NCBI GenBank assembly: GCA_030141605.1
Contig: JAQGDQ010000001.1
Span: forward strand, 992,001 to 1,056,000
Length of the DNA: 64,000 nt
From: Tubiluchus corallicola
Taxonomy: Eukaryota; Animalia; Priapulida
Direction: 5' to 3'
In this document: positions 39,614-52,394 of the stretch, piece by piece
Layout: the number at the start of each line of letters is the position of its first letter
How positions within the stretch are numbered: position 1 is the stretch's first letter
Position numbers and translations under genes: made by a program
Notes under the pieces: model-generated
What the model saw: the letters and a program-made list of their open reading frames with translations, nothing else
Database searches by the model: none
What the model was told of the DNA's origin: nothing

Positions 39614-41890
39614 GCAGCTCAATAAGTTGCTACACAGGAATGGAAGCTTGTTTGTCTGTATTTATAGCAGCCACACAAATTTAGGAACCCAGACCGTTTG
39701 ATTTTCAGTTTGACGTCAAGCCAGTTATCAATTGCGGAGAAGTCAGTTTTGGTTCATGGACTAAATTTAGCTCCTTGTGTCTGTTTCATTCATAATCTTA
39801 TCGGTACATGTCATGCGTTTTAGTTTTTGAATCATGCATGCGCTTTTTGCACTTTTACTCTTTCATAAGACTACGTAATAAATGAAAACACTGTAACAAG
39901 AACGGTGTTTAATAGTTTCCGTTTAATAAATTATCTCGCGTTACTACAAATTAAAAATTAAAAACTATTAAATATCACATTTTTATCACTAAGGTCTCTA
40001 ACAGGTCAAGGACGGGCATAGGTTGAGGGTAAATGGACTGGAATGGGACATGTATTGAATATAGAAGTTTAACACACTAGGGTGAGCCATTGAAATATTT
40101 GTATAACAAAATATTATAGTTTGCATTCTTTCGAAGTTTTAAAAGGAAGAATTGAAAAATGCATAGTAGTACATATAAAATTTCTAATTGATGTTATACA
40201 ACAAATCTAGTAATAACAGTGAGTACTTAACGTTTACAAGTAAGTATAGTATATCTATCATTCTATCGTTACTAGCGTTATCGTTCTATATATACTATAG
40301 TATATAGTATATATCTATCGTTCTAGCGTTACAGGCACATTAACACTAGAGTCGCTAGACCATTTATCTCAAAATAAGAATATAATGGTAATATGTATTA
40401 AAAATATGAAAATTAGGAAAAAGGACGGAAATGGCTAAGGATGATGGCGTGTGCTTAGCGACCATGTTAATAAATAGCGAGTCCAAACAGCAAATGGATA
40501 GACGATTATTTGGAAAACTGTTTTTAGAGGGTTTTATTTTGCATATTGCCCATGGCTGTTTATCTCGTGGAAAGAGACATATACAAAGTTGAATGAAATT
40601 ATCTCATTTTAGCAAATAAGCTAGGCTCGGACTAGCCTAAGCCAACCTAGGTTGGAGTGTTTCCTAGGAGCTAAGCTGTTTGAAAACTAATTTTGCATAT
40701 TTTAACAAGATCAGACATTTAAACACGATCTCGAATTTATTTAAAATAATCCATATAAATGTCCAGAAAGTTTCAACTCTCCTAGGTCAGCAACGATAAA
40801 AGTTAAATCGACATATCATGTTTTACACTTTAAATTTTAGATTTAATTTTATCACAGCTGACCATGATATAAAACGATTGAAACGTCCTGGAAAATTCTG
40901 TGGGTGATCTTAAATAAATTTAAGAAGATCTTTAGCAAAAACTAGACAATGTTGAGTAAATTGTGAAGATGTAAGTCATACCCAATTTTAAGCGAATCTG
41001 CATGTCAGTTAGCAGGGCTGTCCTGTTTTGCAAAAAAATATTTTATGTTGGTCCATATTCACTAAAATTTGCACAAATCCTTACTGGACTTTTGTGAATT
41101 TACCATCAAAACTTGCAAGTTTAATCAAAAATTTTCATGCTGTAATTTGCTTAGGATAAAGATTATAAGTTATAATTTTTTATAAAACACTTATCGTAAT
41201 TTGCTTTTGTCTTACCAGCCTTGCTAACTGTTTAACATTAATTATTTTTGAGAATCGTTAGTGCTAATAGTGGCAATTCACATTTTTTCTCAATGGTCCT
41301 CAATGGCACTAGCTAACCTTTTTGCCGCAAACAGGCGAGTATTCACCGAATCATTTTCACGTTGTATGCTATTTTTAATAGTTAAGACTAGCAATAACAA
41401 TGTATTAGCAGAAAAATTTGTAAGATATGGTTCAGTGTTTTAGGCACTTAAACTAATTGCAAAAAATTTTGCTGTGTCCGGGGCAGAATTTTTGCTGCAA
41501 TACTATAATAATTACCCTTTTTGCAATAATCAATAATGCACACAGTTCTTGTAATACGTAAATATTAAAAGTGATTTACGTGATTTAAGGTCATACCTAA
41601 GGTAAATTTTAATAGTTTGAGGTTTACAAGCGCTAGGATCGGTACATTCAAATTATTCACATTTTTCTCAATTTCTCAGTTGCAAGTCCCAGTTTTCTTA
41701 ATTTTTAGCTGGGAACCTACCCGCAGTCCTATTTTTCCTCAAAAATATTCTAATTTTATCACATTATAGCTATAGCTTCAATTAAAAAATTGTATAACGC
41801 CGCTGCTAATAGATCTTCCGTCGAGTTTCAAAAAAAACCACTGAAAGAGACTAAAACACGCAGGCTAGGTATATAGGTAAAGGAATTAAG

Positions 41891-43281
41891 CTAGTTTCTG
41901 ATGGTTATATCCTTGCAGACATTTTTGTGTCCTTCTTCCCAATGCAATGTCTGACACTGTGCGGAGCAATACCAGGCGCAGTAGCACACGTCGCAAGGTG
42001 TCAAGTGAACAGCTTCCGATGATCTTATTTTACAGTAAGTGCATATCGACTCATCATCTCCTTCGTACTGACAACGTTCACATTCACAGAAAAAATAATA
42101 ATCAGCCACGAGTTTTTCACGACGCTCTTTCTTTCGTAGGGTGGGACTGACGTAAATGTGAGTTATTTCCTCGCCAGCTGATATCGGCTTTAGTGCTCTT
42201 ACTTCTACACCAGCTTTCTCATATGTCACTTGTGTTTCAGTAACTGCGGCGTTCCCATCACACGAATGATTAAGGCACGACTGTAAGCTAAATAAACCAG
42301 AGAATGACGCAGAAGGGACGCTGACATTCGTCAGGTTTGACTTGATTTTCATAAAAAGTTTTGGTTCAACAATGAGTTTGTTGAGAAAGGTGAAATAGAG
42401 CAATTTTCCGCTTTCAAATGAACCGAACTGTTGTGCATTGCACAACATTTGAAAGTAGCGTTTGTTGAATTCTTGCGGGCTGATAGTAATTGGATTATGT
42501 GCGCCATTCCCGTGAAAAATCTCTTGCATGATTTTATAAACCGCTGGAACCTTCTCAACAATGCTTACGTCTGATGGGTAGGTAAAGTACTGGTATGGCG
42601 CAACGATGGCGTCTGGAAGATCGTCGGTTTCCGTTCCTATCGAAACCAGCCGACGATATTCTAAACACATTGAAGCCCACATTCGAGCCATTAACATCGG
42701 GCTTAACTTCACTGGCCATACATCAGAGCCAACGTGATTCTCACACAGATCGTACAGCTGAGAAGCTGCGGGGCAATTAGCCGGGCAGAGATACTTGTGG
42801 TGAGTATTCCAAGCGGTCACGAGGCAAACTTCACTGCAGTATTTCTCCCTGTTGCACGACAGGCAGCTAACGGAGTAAACGGATGGCCATTTCGAGGACA
42901 AATACTCAAATGCTTCATCTGTTTCGTGATTCGTCACTCTTAAGTAGTGCTCCGCAAAATCTTCGAATGTAAGAAGACTCCTAGAACACTGACTGCAGCA
43001 CGGGCAATATTCATTTTTTGTTGGTAGATTGGGTGCAGAAATCAGAGGCACATCTTCAAAAATAAGCTCTCCAGCGGTGATGTGGCGTGTGGCGAAAACC
43101 CCCTTACCTTTATTGATGGTTTGTTGGACTCGTATTGGACAAAGATCGGCCATCCGATCAAATACTCGGTGAAGTCTTACTTGGCTGAACAACTGACTGG
43201 CTTCCCCATCGTCCAAAGTGCTTGCCTTGCGAAACCAAGCCTCTGCTAGTACAAGAAGACCCATTGCGGCTAATGCTCGAC
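41891..43281 (-). CDS. TPR-SMYD-type SET/MYND lysine methyltransferase, exon 2 (end of TPR, split SET with MYND, post-SET, second MYND finger)
   Basis: ttcacag|GT CGA GCA (phase 1); KGKGVFAT (SET motif I), CSQC..CLSC..YCSEVC..HHKYLC (MYND), LNHSC and EEITHIY (SET), FFCECERC (post-SET), then CTYC..CDVC..YCSAQCQ..HKNVC. Confidence 0.9.
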
Positions 43282-45169
43282 CTGTGAATGTAAATTTAGC
43301 AATCTTAGTTCAAAACCAAAACCAAAAAGTCGGGAAACCCACAGTTGATAACTTCATTAAAACAATAAAGACGTTACATTTATGAATACTTGAACTTTTC
43401 AGGTGCTTCTGCAGTCAGAGCTATACAATGAAGAAGCAACCACTTCTAGCTTTGGCTTTGATAGTAAAATTAGTAAAAGCCGCCAAGCTGTCAATGACAA
43501 GCTTGTAGTTACAAATAATTAGTGTTAGCTTTGATAATTCTTGTTTATTTTAGATAGTGTTCAAATTCTGGTGTTCACATTTATTTATTTATTTTATTCA
43601 CACCCAATAGTAAAATACAGTCTATAACAAAAACAATGTATATATAAAACACGTTGGCAAAAACATACAAATAAAATGTTTACATGAGTGTGGTTTGCAT
43701 ATTAAGAAATTTACATATTCTTATTGTGAAACGCTGGGAGTTTTGTCATGAAGGCAACGTTGCAGCTACTATACTAAGTTTTTAAGACTGCAACAGTGTG
43801 GAGTTTTATCTGAATGGAAAGAAAACTCGTAACTGTTTTTAAATGCTAAAATAATTTCACAAGTAATGTGTACGTGACATTTTTTATTGTTTATCTGTGA
43901 ACTTTACGTCATTTTTCAAAATCAGTTGCTCTTGCACTCTTATGTCAAATTTATTTGCGATAATGATAAAAGTAATGATGTCCTATTCTTTCAGGTATAC
44001 GCTTATACTGCTTCATCATGGTCAGTATAAAATTTCTGTATTTTTGTAGTCGAGAAAAAACTTTTACAGACGGTGAGTTTTGAGTTTTTCACTTGCAAAC
44101 AGTTTTAATTTAGCTTAATTCAAACTCTAATTTACAGAGTTTTTTGTACATCTAATTTTTTTTCGCAAAGTTTAATATTATTAATTATGAAAAGCAACGC
44201 AAACGAATGAGTGACTATCAGCTCTAACATTGTTTTAATTAATTTCCTCCATTTGAAGGAGAATGTTTAGCCATCGGAAAGTAGTTAAGACACCTCTGAA
44301 ATTTTCAGTTGTCTCATCTTAAAGGATTGTGCTTGGTAAAGAGATAGATACCGGCCCTGCCACACTATTTCTCTTGCTAAAAATTCTTGTAGTTATCTCA
44401 TTTCATTTCAGTGCATTTAACAAAATTAATATTGAGCCTGTAGTGACGCATTTCTTGCAAGTATTTAAAGTACAAGCAGTTAAACATTTAAGCATAAACG
44501 ATATGAGCCATTTCAAAAATAAACTGTTATTTTTAAAACAGGTTGACGTATTTTGTGCATTCATATTTTTTGTATGAAATCTTATACGGAAACATGCTGA
44601 GCTGAGATGAAAATTGGATTCTGGTCAGGTGTTAGATTTCTCATACTTGAGTCATATTTGACAGTCTGCATTTTTAGATCGTGGGAAATAGGCATTTGTT
44701 GGAATACTTTCTGGAACACGAATATAAAAAAGTTGCTTTATTTATAACTTAACCAAGGCCCATATTCTAAAAATACTTCGGAGTAACGCAAACAAAGTGT
44801 GGAACAAAACGAAAAATGAAAGCTGTGTCTACAAAGGTTTTATTTTAGGAATGTAGGTTGAAGGGTAACTAATAATTTATTTTCTCAAGCCCCGTTAACA
44901 CACACCACGTGGCTTAACATTGCCCTGCCTTCCCGCTGGTGTTTTCCTTTAAATTAAAACATGCATGCCATTGTTGTGCAAACATATTTAGCTGCGATTA
45001 TTTTTGGCACAGGTATTAAAGTAACGAATGCTCTGAATACCAAAGTTTCTAATCAAGCTATTTTTGTCAAGGTGAAATTTGCAAACCATATTAAACTCTG
45101 CAATCTTTGTAGACTGAGTGCACGGAAAGGTGTCTTACCAATAAAATTTTTTTAAAAGATACAAAGATA

Positions 45170-45340
45170 TCCTCCCCTCTTTTTCCTCCTCCTCTCTCAC
45201 TCTCTCTTTCTCTGTATGTCCCTCTTTCTTCTTTCTGTCTTCCTCTCTCTCTCAATTTCCCATTGTCTTTCTCTTCTCTTCCCCATTCACTCTCTCTCCC
45301 CCCTCTCTCTCCCTTCACCACCTCTTTTCCCTCTCTCAAT
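45170..45340. repeat. CT-rich low-complexity tract
   Basis: Direct reading. Confidence 0.85.
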
Positions 45341-48067
45341 CTAGCCATTTAATTTACCCTATGAAAATTATTATTATTCTAATAAACTATTAAATCTTCG
45401 TCTACTCTGAACGCAGTATTTTGCCATTGCTGACGTCACGCCGCTCAAAGAATCTTTCCAATTTGAATCAACCGTCAAAAAATTCAAGACGATTTGATAT
45501 CACCAGGGCCGTTTAAACGATCGTTTTTTTCATCAAATTTGTTTGTCAGTTTTAGTTTGACAAATTAATTGAGAAACACGACAGCCAATAGCATCGCGTG
45601 CTGTCGTGAGCTGTAAAATTTACATCGGCTTCAGGGGTTATTTTAGAATGGGATTACACTACGGATTAACTGCGCAATTTATCCGGACGACTAAGTATTA
45701 CATGTTGAAAATTGCTTTATAAAGAAAACATGTCCCCCAAATTGTTCTCATTGAATAAAATTTCTAAAAAGTAATCTAATACGTTCTCAGTTTTGTCATT
45801 ATTAATCAAGCAAGTGGTATAAATGCAAACCGATCAACATTATTTGATGTTGGCTGATACTAGAACCTGGAGTGTAGAAGCGGCAGTAGTACCAAAGGAA
45901 ATTCTACTAATCAGCTAAACAATTTGAGACAGTACGATATGTGTGTTATATAAGGCGATAATTACAGTTGTTTAGCATCCTGCACCGTGGCTTCCGTTGA
46001 GCTTCTTGCAATTAGTAGTCAGGCATTTGCAGGTGTGACACATACGTATATAATTCAAAAAGTCACGCGGCGCCTCGACTTTTTAACTCTTTGGAGAACA
46101 GTCTGTAACTTTCCCTTTCGACTCTTCGCTAGAGCCATTTTCCCATCCAAACCTTTTAACCTTCTCGTATTCTAACCGCATAAGTTAGCACCATAGACAA
46201 GGAAGCACATTAGTTTGCTGGCGTCATGATTTGACTGAGAGAGTGACACCTCTTGCTGAAAAGCTATTACCAGAGTTTGGCAGAGTAAAGCTTGACGTCA
46301 TCTAAACACGCATAAGTTTCTAGACTGACAGTTTTAAAAACCCATCGTGTAAAACTGCGCTGTGTAGGCAGTACAAACTATGGGCAAAACCAGGGTAAGG
46401 GCTAGTAGTGTCTCCCTAAGTGACTAATCTGAGGAAGCCAGGTAAAGCAAACGTAGGATCGAGAAAGTGTTTTTGTGGGAAGATGGATGAATTGTACATT
46501 TTAGCATGAAACTAATTCAAGAAATTCGTTTCATTTAATTAAAGTATAGCACTCATGTAATCACATATATAGTTGTGTTGTTAATTATCTGTGGCAAACT
46601 TAAAAATTAAAGAATTGCTGCTGGAAGTTGGTGAACCCAAAATTTGGCGACCTAGGCAATTGCCTAGTATGCCTGTAGTGGTAGCGCCGACCCACCAGGA
46701 TCATACAAACAGTAAGCCATATTGCTTAAATTAAGGTACGTTTTTAGGTAGATTTTGTGGAGATCGATGCTGTCGCTGGTACTGTAATTACTGTTGTTGC
46801 TTGTGATGCTAAGTACCTTTTCCCTGGCGGCACTGGCTTTAAAGCTCTTGATTAGGATTCTCAGTGGATGTGCTTTAACTGAGCTTTGGTTATACATGTA
46901 TTTGCTCTGTCTCCAGAGATACCTGACAGCAATTGAGTAAAACAGTAGCAAAAGCGAAAGAGAAAATGACGTTGATCAGGTTAATCAAGCATAATTTATT
47001 AAATATGGAGTAAACCCACAAGTCCGAAAAGGCCATCTGGTTGCATTTCAAAAGCTGTAGTCGCTAGATTACTCGGCTCTCGTGATTACGTCAGATTTTA
47101 ATTCAATTCTTGTAGTTCACAAACCAATAATTGTGGGTTTATTCTATCATTAATTAGTGAAATTAAGATTATAAATCATTAACTTTTACGAACGTCTTTT
47201 TGTCTATATAGAATTTCAAAACGTTTTTTAAATTAAAATTATCCTGGTCTGAAATTTTGATGTTTCCGCTTTAATTTTTACAAGGAATATACTTTCAAAG
47301 CATAATAAAAATTGAAATGAGATGCATGGCATAAAGATGCAAAGGTCGATTTTGCGATGTGTTCTCCACCGGTCGTGACGGTCACGAGTTGAAAGAGAAA
47401 AATTGTAATTTAAAATGAATCTATAGTTCGTTCTCTTTAGCAAACTTGCACTAGTCACATGGTTCCCAGATGTGCTCTATAATGACATGTGTGCATTTTA
47501 CTACTGTTGCAAATGCTTTTTTATGAGTTGTTCGTTTTACTTTTCGTGAAATAGCTCGACGTCAATAAGTCAGATGCAGCGAAGCCAGTGTATTTGATGG
47601 CGCCGCCTCTACTCCCCATCGGCATCTAAGCCCTTCTAGGAAGTCTAGGAAGTCTAGGAAGACACTGTAATTGTAATCTAGGAATTACTGTAATTATATT
47701 AAATAATTTTGCTTACGTGCGCCTGTATTTCTACTTGTTAGGCTAAAACATTTCTGAGTGAAAAAGTTCTTTGCAGAATAAAAAAGACCATAAGACAATC
47801 AGCTTTTTAAATATTTACTAGCGATTAAACTAATTTGTCACCAATCACGGCCTATTTGTCAACTCGCCGATCATAGCACAACTTTATCCAAGATTTTAAG
47901 AAACGGACGAGCGCGCTGCCTTGAGCCTGATTGTTTAAAGTTAATTTGACTCCTTGACAGAGCCAAGCTTTTTATAATCATGCAAAGGTAGCCGGTAAAA
48001 ATAAATTAGACCTATTTTGTGCACAGAACGGAACACAATATACGCAGAGTAAATTACAATTTCTTAC

Positions 48068-48455
48068 CACCAATTTTTAGCAATTCAGCATTTGGGTTGT
48101 CAGTGAAGACTGTAGCACAATCTCTGTATGCCTCAGCAAACAGTCCTAACTGTAAACATGCATTAGCTTTGCGTGTTAACCTCTCACGGTTGTCAGGATC
48201 CTTGTCCAATGCCTTCCTATAATAATCTAGAGCCCTCTCCCAACTTCCCGATTCCTGCAAGACTCTTGCTTTTTCAGAAAGCCTTTGGGATTCCTTCGGA
48301 TCGAGATCGATGTATCTCCGAGGAAAATGCTGGTGTAGAGCAATGCAAACGCCATCTATGGAACGCCTTTCTTCGTCGCATTTGGCGGTGTCTCCCAGTA
48401 AAGGTTTTTGGTTAGAAGTTTCATTTCTATGACGATAGTGCTCCTTGGTTATCAT
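48068..48455 (-). CDS. TPR-SMYD-type protein, coding exon 1 (TPR repeats)
   Basis: ATG at 48455 with an upstream in-frame TGA; GSWERALDYYRKALDKDP..KANACLQLGLFAEAYRDC; donor GGT G|gtaaga is phase 1 and joins 43281 to complete a TPR (LLKIGGRALAAMGLLVLAEAWFRKA). Confidence 0.8.
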
Positions 48456-50762
48456 GCTTCTAACCTCGGTGACCAGCTGTGTAGTGAGAATACTGATCTC
48501 GAATAATAATAATTTAGAAAACTTTCATCTAGTGTAACCTGATAAATAAAAATAATGATATACAAAAAGCGTACATTTCAATCCTTATCATTATTTGTAC
48601 GTCTGTATAGTTTTAATGATTTAAAAAAATGTTACATCAAGTATCATCACCAACAAACAACAAGTTATCTGGAGTAACCATTTAATTCAAGTAATAGTAG
48701 CTGCTATACAATTTTTAAATCGTAACTATACGTGTTTTGCAGACAGCCGCTGATACGTTAATAACGCCTGTACAACATTTTTGCTAAAACAACACTCTGA
48801 TAAACTGTTCAAGATGTGCAGTTGTAACATGAACAAAAAAGCAACAAGTTCTATGGAAGCATTTTTGAAATACTGGACGTAATCTGCTAGCGTAAATAAA
48901 ACATGCAAAGAAGCCACCTTCGCGAATGTTCTTTCAAGGGGAATTTAATAACTCGAGATCAGTCATCATTCGTAATCATAATCTCGGTCTGTAATAATAA
49001 ACAATTCTATAGTACTACTGGGTGTTATCGAAAGTAAAGCGACAATGTTGAAATTTAGTAATAAAAAAGCTTATTATTGAATCAGTTTAATTCGAAACCT
49101 TTTTGTTTTCCGTTTGATTAGCCTAATATATAGCTCAGCACAAGTGCACAGTATTATCATTCTGTATACTGTGGTGCTGCATTTGCAAAAGAAGATCTTC
49201 GAATTTTTTATTTCTGATTAAAATTTAGACTAGTCAGATTATGATTTTTTTTTCAAATATTTGCAGCTTTCAAGCTATTTTATTGTTTACTGTTATTGTT
49301 TATTCTAAGGTTAACAAATAGTTCAAACATACCAGAAACCACTTAATTTAATAAATCTGTAACTATGACAACAGATATGAATATCTAGGCCTAATACTAA
49401 CCTTGCTACACTGTTACGTACGCACCTGCTTAATATTAGAAAGAAAACGATGCATAAAACTTAAACTTTGCCAGTTGTTACATTACAATAAGTTTATACA
49501 GGAGAGAGACGGCGTGCTCTCTGCCAGCCCTCTCAAACCACTCTACATCTCTTTCTACTCGGCTTCTCTATTTATGGCCGGGAAATCAAATCCCCTCAAC
49601 ACGGTTTTGCGGCAGTCATTTTGCGTGATCGACAGCATGACTGCTATAAAGGAATCAATATCCGAAAAAAGTGGAAATCAACCTTGTATTTATTTATAGT
49701 CACTTAGAAACACTGGCAGCTGGGTCAGAAAAATATTTTGACATGAAGGTATTTTATGTTTTTACACGCAGTGAAACGTAATTTGCAATTTTTTTGATGA
49801 AACTAAATTCTGCATACACAGTTGTACAACGGTATTAATTAGACTTTCTGGAAAGTTCTGAAGCAGTCTAGATTTAAGATTATACGTTAATGTTACTGAA
49901 ATTATAGTTTTTGAAATGTAGGTAATGCTACATTTCTGAATTTGTGAAGATGTGGGGTTTCTGTATACTTGTTCTCACTTTCACGCTTTATTTTTCAAAT
50001 TATATTTTCAAAATTATGTTTGTTTTCCTGGTGGTCCAGATATGCTTTTCATGCTTTGTGAACCAAGAAAACACTGATTATTTATGTGGCAACCATTTTG
50101 ATATTTTTGCGCGAAAAGTTCATTTGACCCATACCATCATCATCAACAACAACAACAATGTCGTTATGGTCGTCATTATTATTTTAATTACCATTATTGT
50201 AATTGAAGACTGTTTGCTCAGTGATTATTAACATTACTTTCCATTATGTATGTTATAAATGAAAACAGATTCTGTGACAAAGTGGAGTCATGAAATTTAG
50301 GTCTAATTTATAGGGAACAATGTCAAATTTTAACAATCTGAGAGGATGCGAAGATGATATAATATTATAACATTAATTATATTTTCATTTTTTTAATGTT
50401 GCAAAATTAAAATTGAAATGCTTGCACCACTTGCGAACTGTTGTTACTGTAATGACCCACAAATATATCAGTTTTATGATATAAAATATTTGCGCTTAGA
50501 ATTTATTATTATTCTTCGGTTGAAATCACAAAAATGAGTAGAATAGCTAAGACATTTATATAATTAAGAATTAATGTATTGAATTATATATATACATAGG
50601 CTCTATGTCTGATTATAATCACAGTAGCAGTATAATTAGAAGGCTACACAAGCTTCAATATAGCCCCATCTCTGCAAATAACACAATCAATAAAAATAAT
50701 TTTAACAATAACTTTAAAAGTTTTAAAAATAGTTATATGTAAAACCTAACACCTGACCGACA

Positions 50763-52328
50763 TTATGCAACTCGTGATTTGTAATAAATTTCTGTAGGCC
50801 CAAGTGGTTTTCGAATCAGCCCCACTTTACTTCTTAAAAGTGTTTGCCTGGATGCCACTCCTTCTAGGCGACCCTGGTCCAGCAGTCCGGTGATGTAATA
50901 AAACATTGCCCTTCTTCCTACTTTTTCTCCCAAACATTTTCTCTTTCCTGCTCCAAATATGAAATGTTGCACTTTATTACACTCCTCAACGTTTAGTTCG
51001 CCTGTTTCCGTTAAGAATCGTTCGGGTTGGAATTTTTCTGGATTTGCAAATATTGAGCTGTCATAATAAACGGAATCAAAGTTACAAACAACTATGGTGT
51101 TTCCCGGGATTGAGCAACCTCCAACTTCAGAATCTTGTAACGTTGCTCTGGGAACGCCAAGTGGAGTGGTGCCTCCATACCGAAGTACCTCCATGGTGAA
51201 CGCCTGTAGATATGCCATCTGGTTCCTTGTTTCGTAATGTACCTTGCCGCTACTTGCAGCCTTAACAGTTTGTATTTCTTTATGAATTTTTTCTTGAATT
51301 TTAGGATTTATTGAAAGCAGCAAAGTGGCCCAAGTCAACACCGCTGACGTGTTTCCAACACTGGAAGCAATCATTTCTTCTAGACCTGCCGCAATCAAAT
51401 TCTCGTCTGGTTCAAGCATTTGACGTTCTTTTTCAGTGAGTTGATTTGCTGCTTTTATCAGACCATCAGTAACATCACGCACTGTGCATTCATTGCTGTC
51501 ATGGGTATGTATATGTGCTTTAGTGTACTCGTGACACATAGTCTCCAGTCCACCTAAACAGTTGACAAAGTAATTAGTGTACTTACGCACCAGCCATGGT
51601 GTAAACGTTTGCATCCAAGGAAAAAATTCAACTGGGTTTCCTGCATCCATCGCCTTATTCATGCCTTCCAAAGATGTAAGAAACTTCTGAAAACGCTGAT
51701 CCGTTTGAGACAGGTGTTCACCTGCGCAGAGAAACAGCATAATTTCGCAAACTAAAAGTTCTATCCTATTATCCATGTTTACGCAACTTTCTCCGTGATT
51801 TCCGTCTTCTAGCAGCGTCTTTGTAAAGGTAGAAACAACGTTTTCCATCATAAGATCAAGTCTGCGTTTACTCTTGCTGCACACCATGCCAACAGCTTTA
51901 TCAGATAAACGTCGGTGCACCTGCCATTTTGGTGACCAGGAATGCAGAGACATCGCCTTGCCATGCGCCATGTGTTGAAACATCTTGAAATTAGGTCTCC
52001 CGGCAAAGTCCCTATTTAGGAGGACTTCTGTTATCTCTCGGAATCCATTCACGACTACCACATAACAACTTCCAAATTTCAGCGTGTAAACATTTCCATA
52101 GTTTTTTCTCCAGTGATCCAACTGTTTCTGCCCGTACAGAATTATCTGGTGGATATTGCCAAGAAACGGAATTCCCAATGGTCCTTCAGGATATCGCATT
52201 CTGTTTCTGTATCTTTCCAAAAGTAAACAGACGATTAGTCGCATGAACAAAATCAACAAAGTAAAAAGCAATATGCTCGTTACTTCAGTCTCAACGAAAG
52301 TTATCTTTTCCAGCATTGTCGTTGTCAT
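50763..52328 (-). CDS. Cytochrome P450, clan 2 (CYP1-like), single exon, about 521 aa
   Basis: N-terminal membrane anchor, PEGPLGIPFLGN, FAGRP, WxxxR (WQVHR), ExxR (EVLR), PERF and heme motif FGAGKRKCLG. First ATG is at 52328; the listed ORF start at 52346 is GTG. Confidence 0.93.
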   Translation of the reverse strand: MTTTMLEKITFVETEVTSILLFTLLILFMRLIVCLLLERYRNRMRYPEGPLGIPFLGNIHQIILYGQKQLDHWRKNYGNVYTLKFGSCYVVVVNGFREITEVLLNRDFAGRPNFKMFQHMAHGKAMSLHSWSPKWQVHRRLSDKAVGMVCSKSKRRLDLMMENVVSTFTKTLLEDGNHGESCVNMDNRIELLVCEIMLFLCAGEHLSQTDQRFQKFLTSLEGMNKAMDAGNPVEFFPWMQTFTPWLVRKYTNYFVNCLGGLETMCHEYTKAHIHTHDSNECTVRDVTDGLIKAANQLTEKERQMLEPDENLIAAGLEEMIASSVGNTSAVLTWATLLLSINPKIQEKIHKEIQTVKAASSGKVHYETRNQMAYLQAFTMEVLRYGGTTPLGVPRATLQDSEVGGCSIPGNTIVVCNFDSVYYDSSIFANPEKFQPERFLTETGELNVEECNKVQHFIFGAGKRKCLGEKVGRRAMFYYITGLLDQGRLEGVASRQTLLRSKVGLIRKPLGPTEIYYKSRVA

Positions 52329-52385
52329 TTGGTCAAATAAATACACTCTGATGGTATTTTATTTTGAACACCCCCTGACAAACAT

Positions 52386-52394
52386 TATTTATAG
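52386..52394 (-). promoter_or_regulatory. Candidate TATA box of the P450 gene
   Basis: ccgctcCTATAAATAatg on the minus strand, about 60 nt upstream of the ATG, in a locally GC-richer context. Confidence 0.5.

Noticed and set aside
45091-45348. Arg/Glu/Gly-rich ORF
   Set aside because: It is the translation of a CT/GA low-complexity tract.
46664-46951. 95-aa minus-strand ORF with an acceptor-like site at 46922 inside the SMYD intron
   Set aside because: Its phase does not fit exon 1 (a phase-1 join gives an early TGA), it has no recognisable domain, and exon 1 already joins 43281 cleanly.
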